From the NCBI GenBank assembly GCA_965248925.1, contig CBDFLE010000005.1, forward strand, positions 2,080,001 through 2,144,000: DNA of 64,000 bases. Reading direction: 5' to 3'. Origin of the DNA: Candidatus Multivoradales bacterium (GTDB taxonomy: Bacteria; Acidobacteriota; Thermoanaerobaculia; Multivoradales; J023). Below, in pieces: positions 29,480-37,845 of the stretch (position 1 is its first letter; each line of letters begins with the position of its first letter). Both the position numbers and the translations under genes were made by a program. The notes beneath the pieces were generated by a model. It was not told the DNA's origin. It saw only the letters and a program-made list of their open reading frames with translations, and ran no database searches.

Positions 29480-31678
29480 CTATCGGTGGAAAGCGACGGT
29501 CGGCGCCATGGCTTCTACCACGCCTTCGATGCGGATCACCGGATCGGTGTTCTTCGACTGCCATCTTTCGATAGGTGTGTTGTTCAGCAAGCGAAAACCC
29601 GCTTGTCCGCAAGCCCTGAAGACCAGATCAGACACTCGGTCCACAAGCTCCGGGTCCCAGAAGGAGCGGCCTGAGCGGCGGTCCAAACGAACGACCACAT
29701 TGAGATTGAGGTATTCGAGCCGCTTAGAGCCCAGGAGAAAGCGCGAGCGCCGTGGATCGTGAGCAACATCACGGGCATCTAGCTCTAGCAAGCTGCCATC
29801 TCCCCGAATCACCCTGACCGGCACGCCCTCACCAGGGAAAATCACCTCACTGATCTCCGCCCAAGGAAGGGCTCGCAGAACAATGTCGCGGACCATGGCA
29901 TCACTAAACAAGTTGCCATCGAGAGCTACGACAACTCGATCGCCCAGCTGGTCGGTGCTGGCAATACCCTCTGGCCGCTCCCGGTTGCCAGTAGCGATGG
30001 CTGCCCGGTCCGCCGAACTCTTAACCTTGACAACTGGATCCTCCTGATCGAGGTCCCGCTCTGAGTCGCCCTCGCGCAGCCGGTCATGACGGTCAAAGCC
30101 AGGTCCGGGCCGGTCGTTCAGCACTTGCTGCAGCTCGGTGATGCGACCTTCGAGGCGCTCGATTCTCTCCGCGTACTGCTCATTCACCAAGTTCGAAGCG
30201 GATTCATCCTCTTCCTCGGACGGTTCTACTCGCAATGAGTTGACGGCAGCTCTGAGGGTCTCGACACGCTCCCGCCTCGCTGCCACCAGTTCTTGTTCGA
30301 GGCGCTTGATCCTCTTGCGGTTGTTGCGCGCCGCGTTTTCGGCCTGCTGCAGCTCTTGGGTTTGCTTCTTGGCTTGGTCCTCAGCTGAGATGAAAAACTG
30401 GGTCATGGACTCTACTTGGGCCGCAGCATCGTAGGCACGTTCGCGTTCGCTACTCAGGCGGGCGGTGAGGTGGTTGGCCAACATCGCCGTGCAAAGCAAC
30501 GCCGCAAGGGTGTAGAGCACCGCCGTCTTGTGCCGCAGAAGAAACATCTGTAGTCGATAGAACAGAGTGTCGGGCCGGGCCCTAACCGGCCGCCCTGCTT
30601 GATATCGCCGCAGATCCCGTGACAGCCGCTGCACAGATTCGTAGCGCCGCTGCGGCTCTTTGTGCAAAGCCTTCAGCACGATCTTGTCCAAGTCACCTTC
30701 CAACCGGCTGCCATGGGCCGCAGGAGAGCGCTTGACAGATGCAGACGGCGGACGAGGTGGCTGATCCCGGACCCGCCGGAGAAAGCCCTCGACAGGCCGA
30801 GTACCGAGCTCGAACGGACGACTTCCGGTCAGCAGCTCGTAGAGCAAGACACCGAGCGAATATACATCGCTAGCGGTGGTAATCGGCTGCCTCGCATGTT
30901 GCTCGGGACTGGCATACTCAAGAGTCAGCGGCGCCAATCCGGTGGTGGTGGTCGCACCCAGGGTGTCGACGTGAGGCCAAATTAGTTTCGCAATGCCGAA
31001 GTCGAGCAGTTTCGGATCGCCGGTCGCGGTCACCAAAATATTCGCCGGCTTCAGATCGCGATGAACTACCAGGCTCTGGTGAGCGGCGTGAACCGCTTCA
31101 CAGACTCGCCGGAAGAGGTCGAGTCGTTGATCGATCGTCAGCTCTAGCCGATCGCAGTAGCGGTCTATCGGCTCCCCCTCGATGTACTCCATTACCAGGT
31201 AGGGACGGCCATCCACATCGCTGCCTCCATCCAGCAGGCGGGCAATGCCAGGGTGGCGCAGATCGGCGAGGATCTGCCGCTCGCGTTGAAAGCGGCGCTC
31301 TGAGTCGGCGCCAATCCAGCGATTTCGCAGCAACTTGATAGCAACATATCCGCGATAGGCGCGGTCGACCCGCTCCCCCAGGTACACGGTTCCCATCCCG
31401 CCCCGGCCAAGGCGACGCAGCAACCAGTAGCCGCCGACTTGGCGCCGGCGGGCGGGCGACTCCTGAACCGATTCCCTGGCGCTCGCGGCCAAAGCCAGCA
31501 ACGACTCCTCCATGAAGTCCCCGGCTTCTTCGGCTACCGCCACCAAGGCTTCTACTTCACGGTGAAGGTCAGGGTGATCTGCGCAAAGCTGGCGCAACAA
31601 CGACCGCCGCTCAGCGGCAGGCGCCGCCAAAACTAGTGGGAGAATCTCCTCTACGCGAGCCCATTGGTTCTTAGTCAC
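29480..31678 (-). CDS. Ser/Thr protein kinase with TM, coiled coil and unrecognised C-terminal domain
   Basis: 'LGRGGMGTVY', 'VAIK', 'HRDLKPANIL', 'DFGIAK', 'YASPEQ'; GTG start overlaps the ECF stop (GTGA). Confidence 0.93.
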   Translation of the reverse strand: MTKNQWARVEEILPLVLAAPAAERRSLLRQLCADHPDLHREVEALVAVAEEAGDFMEESLLALAASARESVQESPARRRQVGGYWLLRRLGRGGMGTVYLGERVDRAYRGYVAIKLLRNRWIGADSERRFQRERQILADLRHPGIARLLDGGSDVDGRPYLVMEYIEGEPIDRYCDRLELTIDQRLDLFRRVCEAVHAAHQSLVVHRDLKPANILVTATGDPKLLDFGIAKLIWPHVDTLGATTTTGLAPLTLEYASPEQHARQPITTASDVYSLGVLLYELLTGSRPFELGTRPVEGFLRRVRDQPPRPPSASVKRSPAAHGSRLEGDLDKIVLKALHKEPQRRYESVQRLSRDLRRYQAGRPVRARPDTLFYRLQMFLLRHKTAVLYTLAALLCTAMLANHLTARLSSERERAYDAAAQVESMTQFFISAEDQAKKQTQELQQAENAARNNRKRIKRLEQELVAARRERVETLRAAVNSLRVEPSEEEDESASNLVNEQYAERIERLEGRITELQQVLNDRPGPGFDRHDRLREGDSERDLDQEDPVVKVKSSADRAAIATGNRERPEGIASTDQLGDRVVVALDGNLFSDAMVRDIVLRALPWAEISEVIFPGEGVPVRVIRGDGSLLELDARDVAHDPRRSRFLLGSKRLEYLNLNVVVRLDRRSGRSFWDPELVDRVSDLVFRACGQAGFRLLNNTPIERWQSKNTDPVIRIEGVVEAMAPTVAFHR

Positions 31679-32304
31679 TCGGGCTTCACCTCGGCCTGCG
31701 AATCGCCGATCGAAGACGCCTGGCGTACATTCAGATAGCGATAGAGCCACAGCTTGGCGGTCCGCCAGCGGTTGTGCACGGTCTGCGGATGGACGCCGAG
31801 AATCTCTGCTATCTCCTGGCTGTTCAAGCCACCAAAGAAGCGCATCTCCACAATTTGGCTACCCTGCGGATAGGAACGGCTCAAATCCTTCAGCGCGTCG
31901 TCCAAGCGCAGAATGCTCTCCTCGGTCCAGGGGCCAATCCCCAGCTCGTCTTGGTACTCCACGTTGCCAACTCCGGCACCCCGCTTGGCGGCCTTCTTGC
32001 GCCGCGCGTGATCGACCAACTTGCGCCGCATGAGGATGGCGAAGACACGTAGGAAGTGGTGCCGGTTCTTGAGCCGCAACTTCCGGTGGCGCAACAAGAC
32101 CATGAAAGCTTCGTTGACCAAGGCTCCGGTCTCGAGCGTGTGGTTGCGGTTTTCACGGCCGAGAAAGCCTCTGGCGATACGGTTGAGATCGCTTTCGAGA
32201 AGTACTGCCAGTGAATCGCAGGCTTTGTGGTCACCAGCGTTCCAAGCATCCAAGAGGCTGGTGATTCGCGGTGCCGAGGCCTCTCCTGGAGCCTGCTGGA
32301 TCAC
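31675..32304 (-). CDS. ECF sigma factor, TIGR02999 family
   Basis: 'ITSLLDAWNAGD', 'NHTLETGALVNEAF', 'MRRKLVDHARRKKAAKRG', 'VEMRFFGGL...EIAEILG'; GTG start chosen at 32304. Confidence 0.9.
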   Translation of the reverse strand: MIQQAPGEASAPRITSLLDAWNAGDHKACDSLAVLLESDLNRIARGFLGRENRNHTLETGALVNEAFMVLLRHRKLRLKNRHHFLRVFAILMRRKLVDHARRKKAAKRGAGVGNVEYQDELGIGPWTEESILRLDDALKDLSRSYPQGSQIVEMRFFGGLNSQEIAEILGVHPQTVHNRWRTAKLWLYRYLNVRQASSIGDSQAEVKPE

Positions 32305-32597
32305 TCTCCGCCTCTGCGTGTAGAGGAAATTGATCGGCAGCAGCCCGCGGGACCTCGAGCCGTGAGACAAGTTGTACGAGTAGGGATCTTCCGCTTCATG
32401 GATAGTTCCTTTTCGGATCGCTCGGTCTACCTCCTTCTTTGGACCGGGCTGAACGCTGCCGAGTTCCAACCAGCAAGGGGGACGTGATCCACGCTAAGGC
32501 AACAAGGCCCGGAGACCAAACGGCTCATTTTGGGCGCGCCAGAATGAACCATTCCCCCTCGATTCTCTGCCAGCCAGAGAAGATTCTCCGCTTTTAG

Positions 32598-33167
32598 TTA
32601 CGGGAGGAAACGCCTCTCTCTCAAGGCGTCAAACCCACCGCTGTCCCACAAACTTTTCACCCGAACCTCATCTGCCCCGGTGGTCTGACCGGGAGTCAGC
32701 CCGCGGCTGTGATTCACCTCATCGCGTGTCAAGACTTTGGAGGGGGCCCTCTGCTTGAGCCGCGTGACGAAGAGGATCCCTTTTGTATTCAGTCGGTTGA
32801 AGCACTTGTTGTCGGTGAATCCACGGTCGCAGACCGTGATGCCACCTTGCGGCAGCTTCAGCGCTCTTGCCCAACCGATCTCGTGGACGTTGCCTTCGGT
32901 GAGGTCGACGTACGCCGGGAGATAGCCTTCATGATCCGAGGCAACGTGAAGCTTTGAGGCGCCTTGGGTCTTCTGGTACGTTGCCCACGGAAAAATCGAC
33001 AAACTCAGGTCGATCTTCGAGGCGTACAGCGAGTACGGTTGCCGAGCGTTGAGCCACCCCAAGCTAGACCGACTGACCGGGCCACAAGCCAGATAGTAGA
33101 GCTTGTGAGTCTGAGCCAGAAAGTTAGAGCCGATGTCTCGCAGGCCAACTCGGCCGGAAAGCTGCAC
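32598..33167 (-). pseudogene. Degenerate IS4-family transposase fragment
   Basis: 'IDLSLSIFPWA.Y......KLH...D..GYLP......G..HE', 'DRGF.D...F..L...G..FVTRLK'; much shorter than a full enzyme, with internal deletions. Confidence 0.8.
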
Positions 33168-33322
33168 CGCTGGATCGTGACGGCAGGCGCGAGTGATGAC
33201 GCCCCGGTTTCAGATGAGCCCTAGCACCGCCACTCACTTCGGCCACCGATTGCGCTTTTCTAAGTGGCACTTGCCAACGAGCCGCCACCGAAGGCGCCTC
33301 GTCTCAAGAACGGAGTGACCCG

Positions 33323-33562
33323 ATGGACGGCTCAACCACCCACCTCAAACCCAAGGCCTACTGGCTACTAGCACTGCTAGTGGCTCTGCTAGCGGTCTTG
33401 ACCACCCTGCCGGCAGTGGCGGGCGGCGGCAACGAGGGCACCACCATCCTGCCCTTTGGACCAGGCCAGCAACTAGTTTGCCGGTCGCCCGAAGGTGTCG
33501 ACATCTTTCCTCTCAACGGCCAGTGTCCGGAGGGCACGGTGGCGGTATGCGTCCCGATCTGA
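33323..33562 (+). CDS. Small secreted Cys-containing protein (79 aa)
   Basis: GGAG RBS; signal peptide ending 'LPAVA'; mature part about 46 aa with 3 Cys. Confidence 0.6.
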   Translation: MDGSTTHLKPKAYWLLALLVALLAVLTTLPAVAGGGNEGTTILPFGPGQQLVCRSPEGVDIFPLNGQCPEGTVAVCVPI

Positions 33563-33891
33563 TCGCCTAGCAACGCCGGCCCGACCAACATGAGCCGGCG
33601 ACCGTGGTCGAAGAGGAAGCCAAGGAGTCGGGTTTGCCGAGGCGCCCGATTCGGCCACGGTTTTCAGCAGGCTCTAGCAGGCGCGGCACTAGCAGGCGCG
33701 ACCGTGTCGGTGCTTCAGTAGGCGGCGAGATCAACGAATCGCTGATGCTGAGCTTCTCCTCACGCGAGGATTCGGGAGGGCCTTTCGTGGATGTCGTTCG
33801 GCTGAGTGCGCTGTGAGGGTAGAATCTGGCCAGCGACCGAGCTGGATTGAATCCCAGCTCAGCACACCACCCAATCAGTAGGAGGGAAATC

Positions 33892-34095
33892 ATGTTGGGG
33901 AAAAGCTGTTGTGTGCTCTTGGCGATGGCCTTGATCCCGCTTCTCGCGGACGCCAGGGTTCTGGATGTCGATGTCCAGATCTCGGATAGCGACAACTTTC
34001 TAAGTAGATCTGCGAAGATCTTGGTGGTCACGAGTGGCGACTACAGCCCGCAGCTGATCCGCGAAAGAACTAGAGCACACTTCTCACCCGACTGA
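33892..34095 (+). pseudogene. Probable truncated secreted-protein gene next to the ISL3 end
   Basis: Strong AGGAGG RBS and signal peptide (MLGKSCCVLLAMALIPLLADA), but stops after 67 codons, about 110 bp before the IS end. Confidence 0.4.
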
Positions 34096-34361
34096 TCAGA
34101 TTTGAATCTGAGAGCGTATTTCGGAGTCTTGGGCCGGTTTCTCCGCTGGACTTCTCGGCCCCGGTCCCTTGCCTCTGCTTGATGAGTTGTTGCGCCTTTT
34201 TTTGGTTCATCCGGGAAATGAGGAGGTCATGGTCTGGTCGGACTCGTCAGACCAGTCCATGCAAGCCCCGTCGCTGGCCCAGTGTGGCGCCATCGTCTGA
34301 CCGCCTCAAGGGTACGCTTCGCCGGCTCCGCCGCCCTTGACCCGGTCAGCCGCTGTCGCCC

Positions 34362-35866
34362 CTAGCAGCCCGTGGCAGAAGTCCGTTTCTACAAAATGTG
34401 GCCTAAATTGAGGCCAGCCGGCGCAGGTGGTCTGATCGAAGATCTTAGTGGCCAATATCCGCTCTCGTGCGGCAGAAGCCAGCTCAGCAAGCTATATACG
34501 GCGCGAAAGCCCTGTTCGAGAGCCGAAAGAAAGCCCTGAAGGGCCCGTGGAGTGCCGGCTCCATACATTTGACGAAGCAGCAGCCCAAGATTGAATCCCG
34601 CGATGTGAATCAGCAACCTTTTGCGGATGTTGTCGTGACCTCGAAGGTGGGTCCTTCTCATACCGCCAGTCTCGTAGCAATGGGCAAAGGTGCGTTCTAC
34701 TTTCTCTCCTCGACGCCGCGACAGCTCGCGGCCTCGACGACCCTTGATCCGTCGACGGTTGGCATACACCGCTTGCTTCTCCGCCTCTTTGCCGCACCAG
34801 TTGCGTCGGCCTCGATCCGGTTCCGAAATATAGGTTCGAATCTTCCCTTGACGCTGTGCCTTCATGACCGCGTTACTGTGATAGCCCTTGTCAGCCACCA
34901 GCTCTGAACGGACTTTCTCGCTCAAGTGATCGCCAGCCTCCGAATCCTCAACGACATCTTCCAGCACCGCAGCGACTTCATCCAACGTCCGCTCTAGGCT
35001 CGACGTGTCCCCTCGGTCTGCAGGTTGCACCGTCACCGCCACAACCGCACCCGTCTCCATATCCACCGCATGCTCGGCTTTGTGCGCCAGATGCGTCCGC
35101 CCATCCTTCATTCGCGTGACTTTGGCGTCGGGATCGTGGGGGTTCTTCCAGTCGCCGTTCGACGTCTTTTTGTTCTTCCTTTGGCGGTCAAAACGCGCCA
35201 GATCCGCTCGCGTCGGGGTCTCCACACCCGAAGCCTCGGCCAGGCGCGTGAGAAACTCTTCGTAGCTCTCGCCCGAGTCTCGACGCACGATGCTGCGCAT
35301 CGCCGCGTTCGCCTCGAGGGTCGTCGCATCGATGCCCAGCGTCTTTCCCCGGAGCAAGCCAGCCTTCGCCAGTACTTGCAAAGCCCAAGCAAACACCGCC
35401 TCATGGGTCTCGAGATCGATCAGGCGACGGGTCCGAGAGAGCGTCGAATGGTCCGGGGTCTGGTCCGAGAGTTCGAAGCCCAGAAAGTCGCGCAGAGTCA
35501 TCGAATCCGCAAGCCGCCATGCGATACCTCGCTCAGAGTCGATACCCTCGAAGAAGCCGATCAACAGCAACCGAAAATACACCGCGGGCGCCAGCGAAGG
35601 CCGTCCCATCCTCGTAGCGTAAAACCTCGCGCACTGCTCCTCGATAAAGCGATCGAAACCGTGCTTGTCGAGAATCTTGGACAGACGCTCGTAGAAAGGA
35701 TGTCCTGGGGACTTGGCCAGCGCCTGGGTTTCCACCCAGAGCTGCCGCTGTCTTCGTTTGCTTCGCCTGCCCATCGCCATGGTCGCTACCTCCCTCGGGT
35801 GGAAAGATTCTACCAGGGAAGATCGCCAAGACGGCCGTAATCGGGACTTTCACCACGGGCTGCTAG
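34362..35866 (-). mobile_element. IS1182/IS5-like insertion sequence flanked by CTAG
   Basis: CTAGCAGCCCGTGGcagAAGTCC (34362) vs GGACTTtcaCCACGGGCTGCTAG (35844-35866); CTAG at both ends is consistent with a target duplication. Confidence 0.9.
34389..35780 (-). CDS. DDE transposase (DUF772 + DDE; IS1182/IS5-like)
   Basis: 'GRPSLAP..YFRLLLIG.FEGI.SER', 'PDHSTLSR.R', 'IDATTLEANA', 'VADKGYHS', 'R...VER.FA'. Confidence 0.92.
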   Translation of the reverse strand: MAMGRRSKRRQRQLWVETQALAKSPGHPFYERLSKILDKHGFDRFIEEQCARFYATRMGRPSLAPAVYFRLLLIGFFEGIDSERGIAWRLADSMTLRDFLGFELSDQTPDHSTLSRTRRLIDLETHEAVFAWALQVLAKAGLLRGKTLGIDATTLEANAAMRSIVRRDSGESYEEFLTRLAEASGVETPTRADLARFDRQRKNKKTSNGDWKNPHDPDAKVTRMKDGRTHLAHKAEHAVDMETGAVVAVTVQPADRGDTSSLERTLDEVAAVLEDVVEDSEAGDHLSEKVRSELVADKGYHSNAVMKAQRQGKIRTYISEPDRGRRNWCGKEAEKQAVYANRRRIKGRRGRELSRRRGEKVERTFAHCYETGGMRRTHLRGHDNIRKRLLIHIAGFNLGLLLRQMYGAGTPRALQGFLSALEQGFRAVYSLLSWLLPHESGYWPLRSSIRPPAPAGLNLGHIL

Positions 35867-36030
35867 ACTTGTGGGCGACGGGGTCAAGACGATCTGGAGG
35901 CCGCCAAGCAGGGCTGGGCACAGGCACCGGATTGAGCAATTCTGTGAGCAGGAGGGCGCGCGGGATTTGAGAGTTGTCGCCATGTCGATCATCCTGGTCG
36001 TATCTCAAACCAACCCAGGGAGACCGATTC

Positions 36031-37176
36031 ATGGCGACAACCAGCTTCTTGTACCACACGCTCGGCTTGGTCGGATACGTGCAGCGCTGCACCGAGTTCG
36101 CCCACGGATGGGTTTACCACCATGTCGAACTCGCTCCCCACAAGCGCACCTGCCGAGCGTGCGGAGCGCGCTGGTACGATCTGCGTCTTGAAGGTGGCTT
36201 CGAGCGCACCTTCTTCGCCCTACCCGTGGGGTGGCGACCCCAGTTTGTGGTTCTGCATGGTCATCGCCAGCACTGTCGGCGATGTGGAGAGACCCGGCGA
36301 GAGCCGATCGCCTTCACCGAGGGCAAAGAAAGCCATTTGCGGGCCTTCGCGCGTTACGTCGTCCAGCTGTGCCAGATCGCCACCCTGCAGGCCGTCGCCG
36401 ATCTACTGGGCGTCGGCTGGGACTTGGTCAAGGAGATCCACAAGAGCCATCTCCAGAGGCGCCTGAAGCGGCGCAAGCTCTCCAAAGTTCGCTACCTCGC
36501 GGTCGACGAGTTCGCCACCCACAAGGAACACCGCTACATGACCGTGGTGCTGGATCTGGAAAGCGGACAGATCCTCCATGCTCACTCCGGAAGGGACGCC
36601 GAGGCCCTGCTGCCCTTCCTCTGGAAGCTCAAGAGTAGAGGCCTTTGTCCCCGAGCTGTGGCAATCGATATGTCCCAGGCCTACCACAAGGCAATCCGGC
36701 AGGTCTTCGGCCAGCAGGTCGACATCGTCCACGACCCCTACCATGTCGTGGCTCTTGCCAATCAGGCCATCGACGAAACCCGAAGAGAGAAGCTCAAGCC
36801 CTCCTCCCTGGAGCACCTCGCCCTTCTCATGGAGTTGAACCAGCCCCTCTACCAAGCCTATCTCCTCAAAGAGGAGCTACGATTCTTCTGGAACCTACCG
36901 AACGAAGAGGCCGGCAAGGACTTCCTCGACGCCTGGACTACCCAGGCCAAAGCCATCGACAATCCCCACTTCGCGAAGCTCGCCAATACCCTCGACAAAC
37001 ATCGCCCAGGACTGCTCAGCTACTTCCGTCACCGCATCTCAGCCGGACCCCTCGAAGGCATCAACAACAAGATCAAGGTCCTCAAGAGGAGTGCCTATGG
37101 ATTCCGAGACATGGAGTACTTCAAGCTCAGGCTCTTCTTTCTCCATGACCAGCTCACCTCTCCATTTCCCGGATGA
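36031..37176 (+). CDS. ISL3-family transposase, apparently with an internal in-frame deletion
   Basis: Zn-finger C..C/C..C, 'YLAVDEF...K.H.Y.TVVLD', 'VAIDMS..Y', 'D.YHVV', 'EGINNKIKVLKR.AYGFRD'. Confidence 0.92.
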   Translation: MATTSFLYHTLGLVGYVQRCTEFAHGWVYHHVELAPHKRTCRACGARWYDLRLEGGFERTFFALPVGWRPQFVVLHGHRQHCRRCGETRREPIAFTEGKESHLRAFARYVVQLCQIATLQAVADLLGVGWDLVKEIHKSHLQRRLKRRKLSKVRYLAVDEFATHKEHRYMTVVLDLESGQILHAHSGRDAEALLPFLWKLKSRGLCPRAVAIDMSQAYHKAIRQVFGQQVDIVHDPYHVVALANQAIDETRREKLKPSSLEHLALLMELNQPLYQAYLLKEELRFFWNLPNEEAGKDFLDAWTTQAKAIDNPHFAKLANTLDKHRPGLLSYFRHRISAGPLEGINNKIKVLKRSAYGFRDMEYFKLRLFFLHDQLTSPFPG

Positions 37177-37254
37177 CCCTCAGGCTTTCATCCGCCAATG
37201 CAGATAAGATAACGAGAACAGCTGCACCTCCTAGAACCGACCCGCGGAGACTCA

Positions 37255-37845
37255 GTGAATACGTCAGCCGACGGTCCACCAGTCGATGTCACCGAACTAT
37301 TGCTCGCCTGGCGCGCTGGTGACGGCGATGCCTTGGGTGAGCTAATGCCGCTGGTCTATGACCAACTGCACCGGGTCGCCGAACGCTTCGTGCGCGGCGA
37401 GCGTCCGGGTCACACCCTGCAAGCCACGGCGGTGATTCACGAGGCTTACTTACGGATGGTCGATCGCACCCACCCGCAGTGGAACGACCGTTTGCACTTC
37501 TTCGCCGTCGCCGCCAAGTTGATGCGGCGAGTGCTGGTGGATCACGCCCGCAGCCGGATGGCAAAGAAACGGGGCGCTGGCGCGTTGCATCTGCAGATCC
37601 GCGAGGAAGATGCCCTGACCGAAGGCGGCAAGGAGCCCGACGTGATCGACTTGGATGCGGCGCTCGAACGTCTCGCCCGCTTCGATGCACGCAAGGCTTC
37701 GGTGATTGAATTGCGCTACTTCGGCGGCCTCAGCTCGGCTGAGACGGCCCAAGTACTGGACTTCTCAGAAGCCACTATCCGTCTTGACGCTCGCTTAGCG
37801 AAGGCTTGGCTACGCAACCAGCTGGCCGAGGGATCGAGCCCTTGA
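37255..37845 (+). CDS. ECF sigma factor, TIGR02999 family
   Basis: 'DVTELLLAWRAGD..AL..LMPLVY..L', 'GHTLQATAVIHEAYLR', 'HFFAVAA..MRRVLVDHAR', 'ELRYFGGLS..ETA'. Confidence 0.94.
   Translation: MNTSADGPPVDVTELLLAWRAGDGDALGELMPLVYDQLHRVAERFVRGERPGHTLQATAVIHEAYLRMVDRTHPQWNDRLHFFAVAAKLMRRVLVDHARSRMAKKRGAGALHLQIREEDALTEGGKEPDVIDLDAALERLARFDARKASVIELRYFGGLSSAETAQVLDFSEATIRLDARLAKAWLRNQLAEGSSP

Larger units (their letters stand above)
34204..37179 (+). mobile_element. ISL3-family insertion sequence, interrupted by a nested IS
   Basis: Terminal inverted repeats GGTTCATCCGGGAAATG (34204) / CATTTCCCGGATGACCC (37163-37179), 16/17 match; contains an ISL3 transposase; no flanking target duplication visible. 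Confidence 0.88.
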
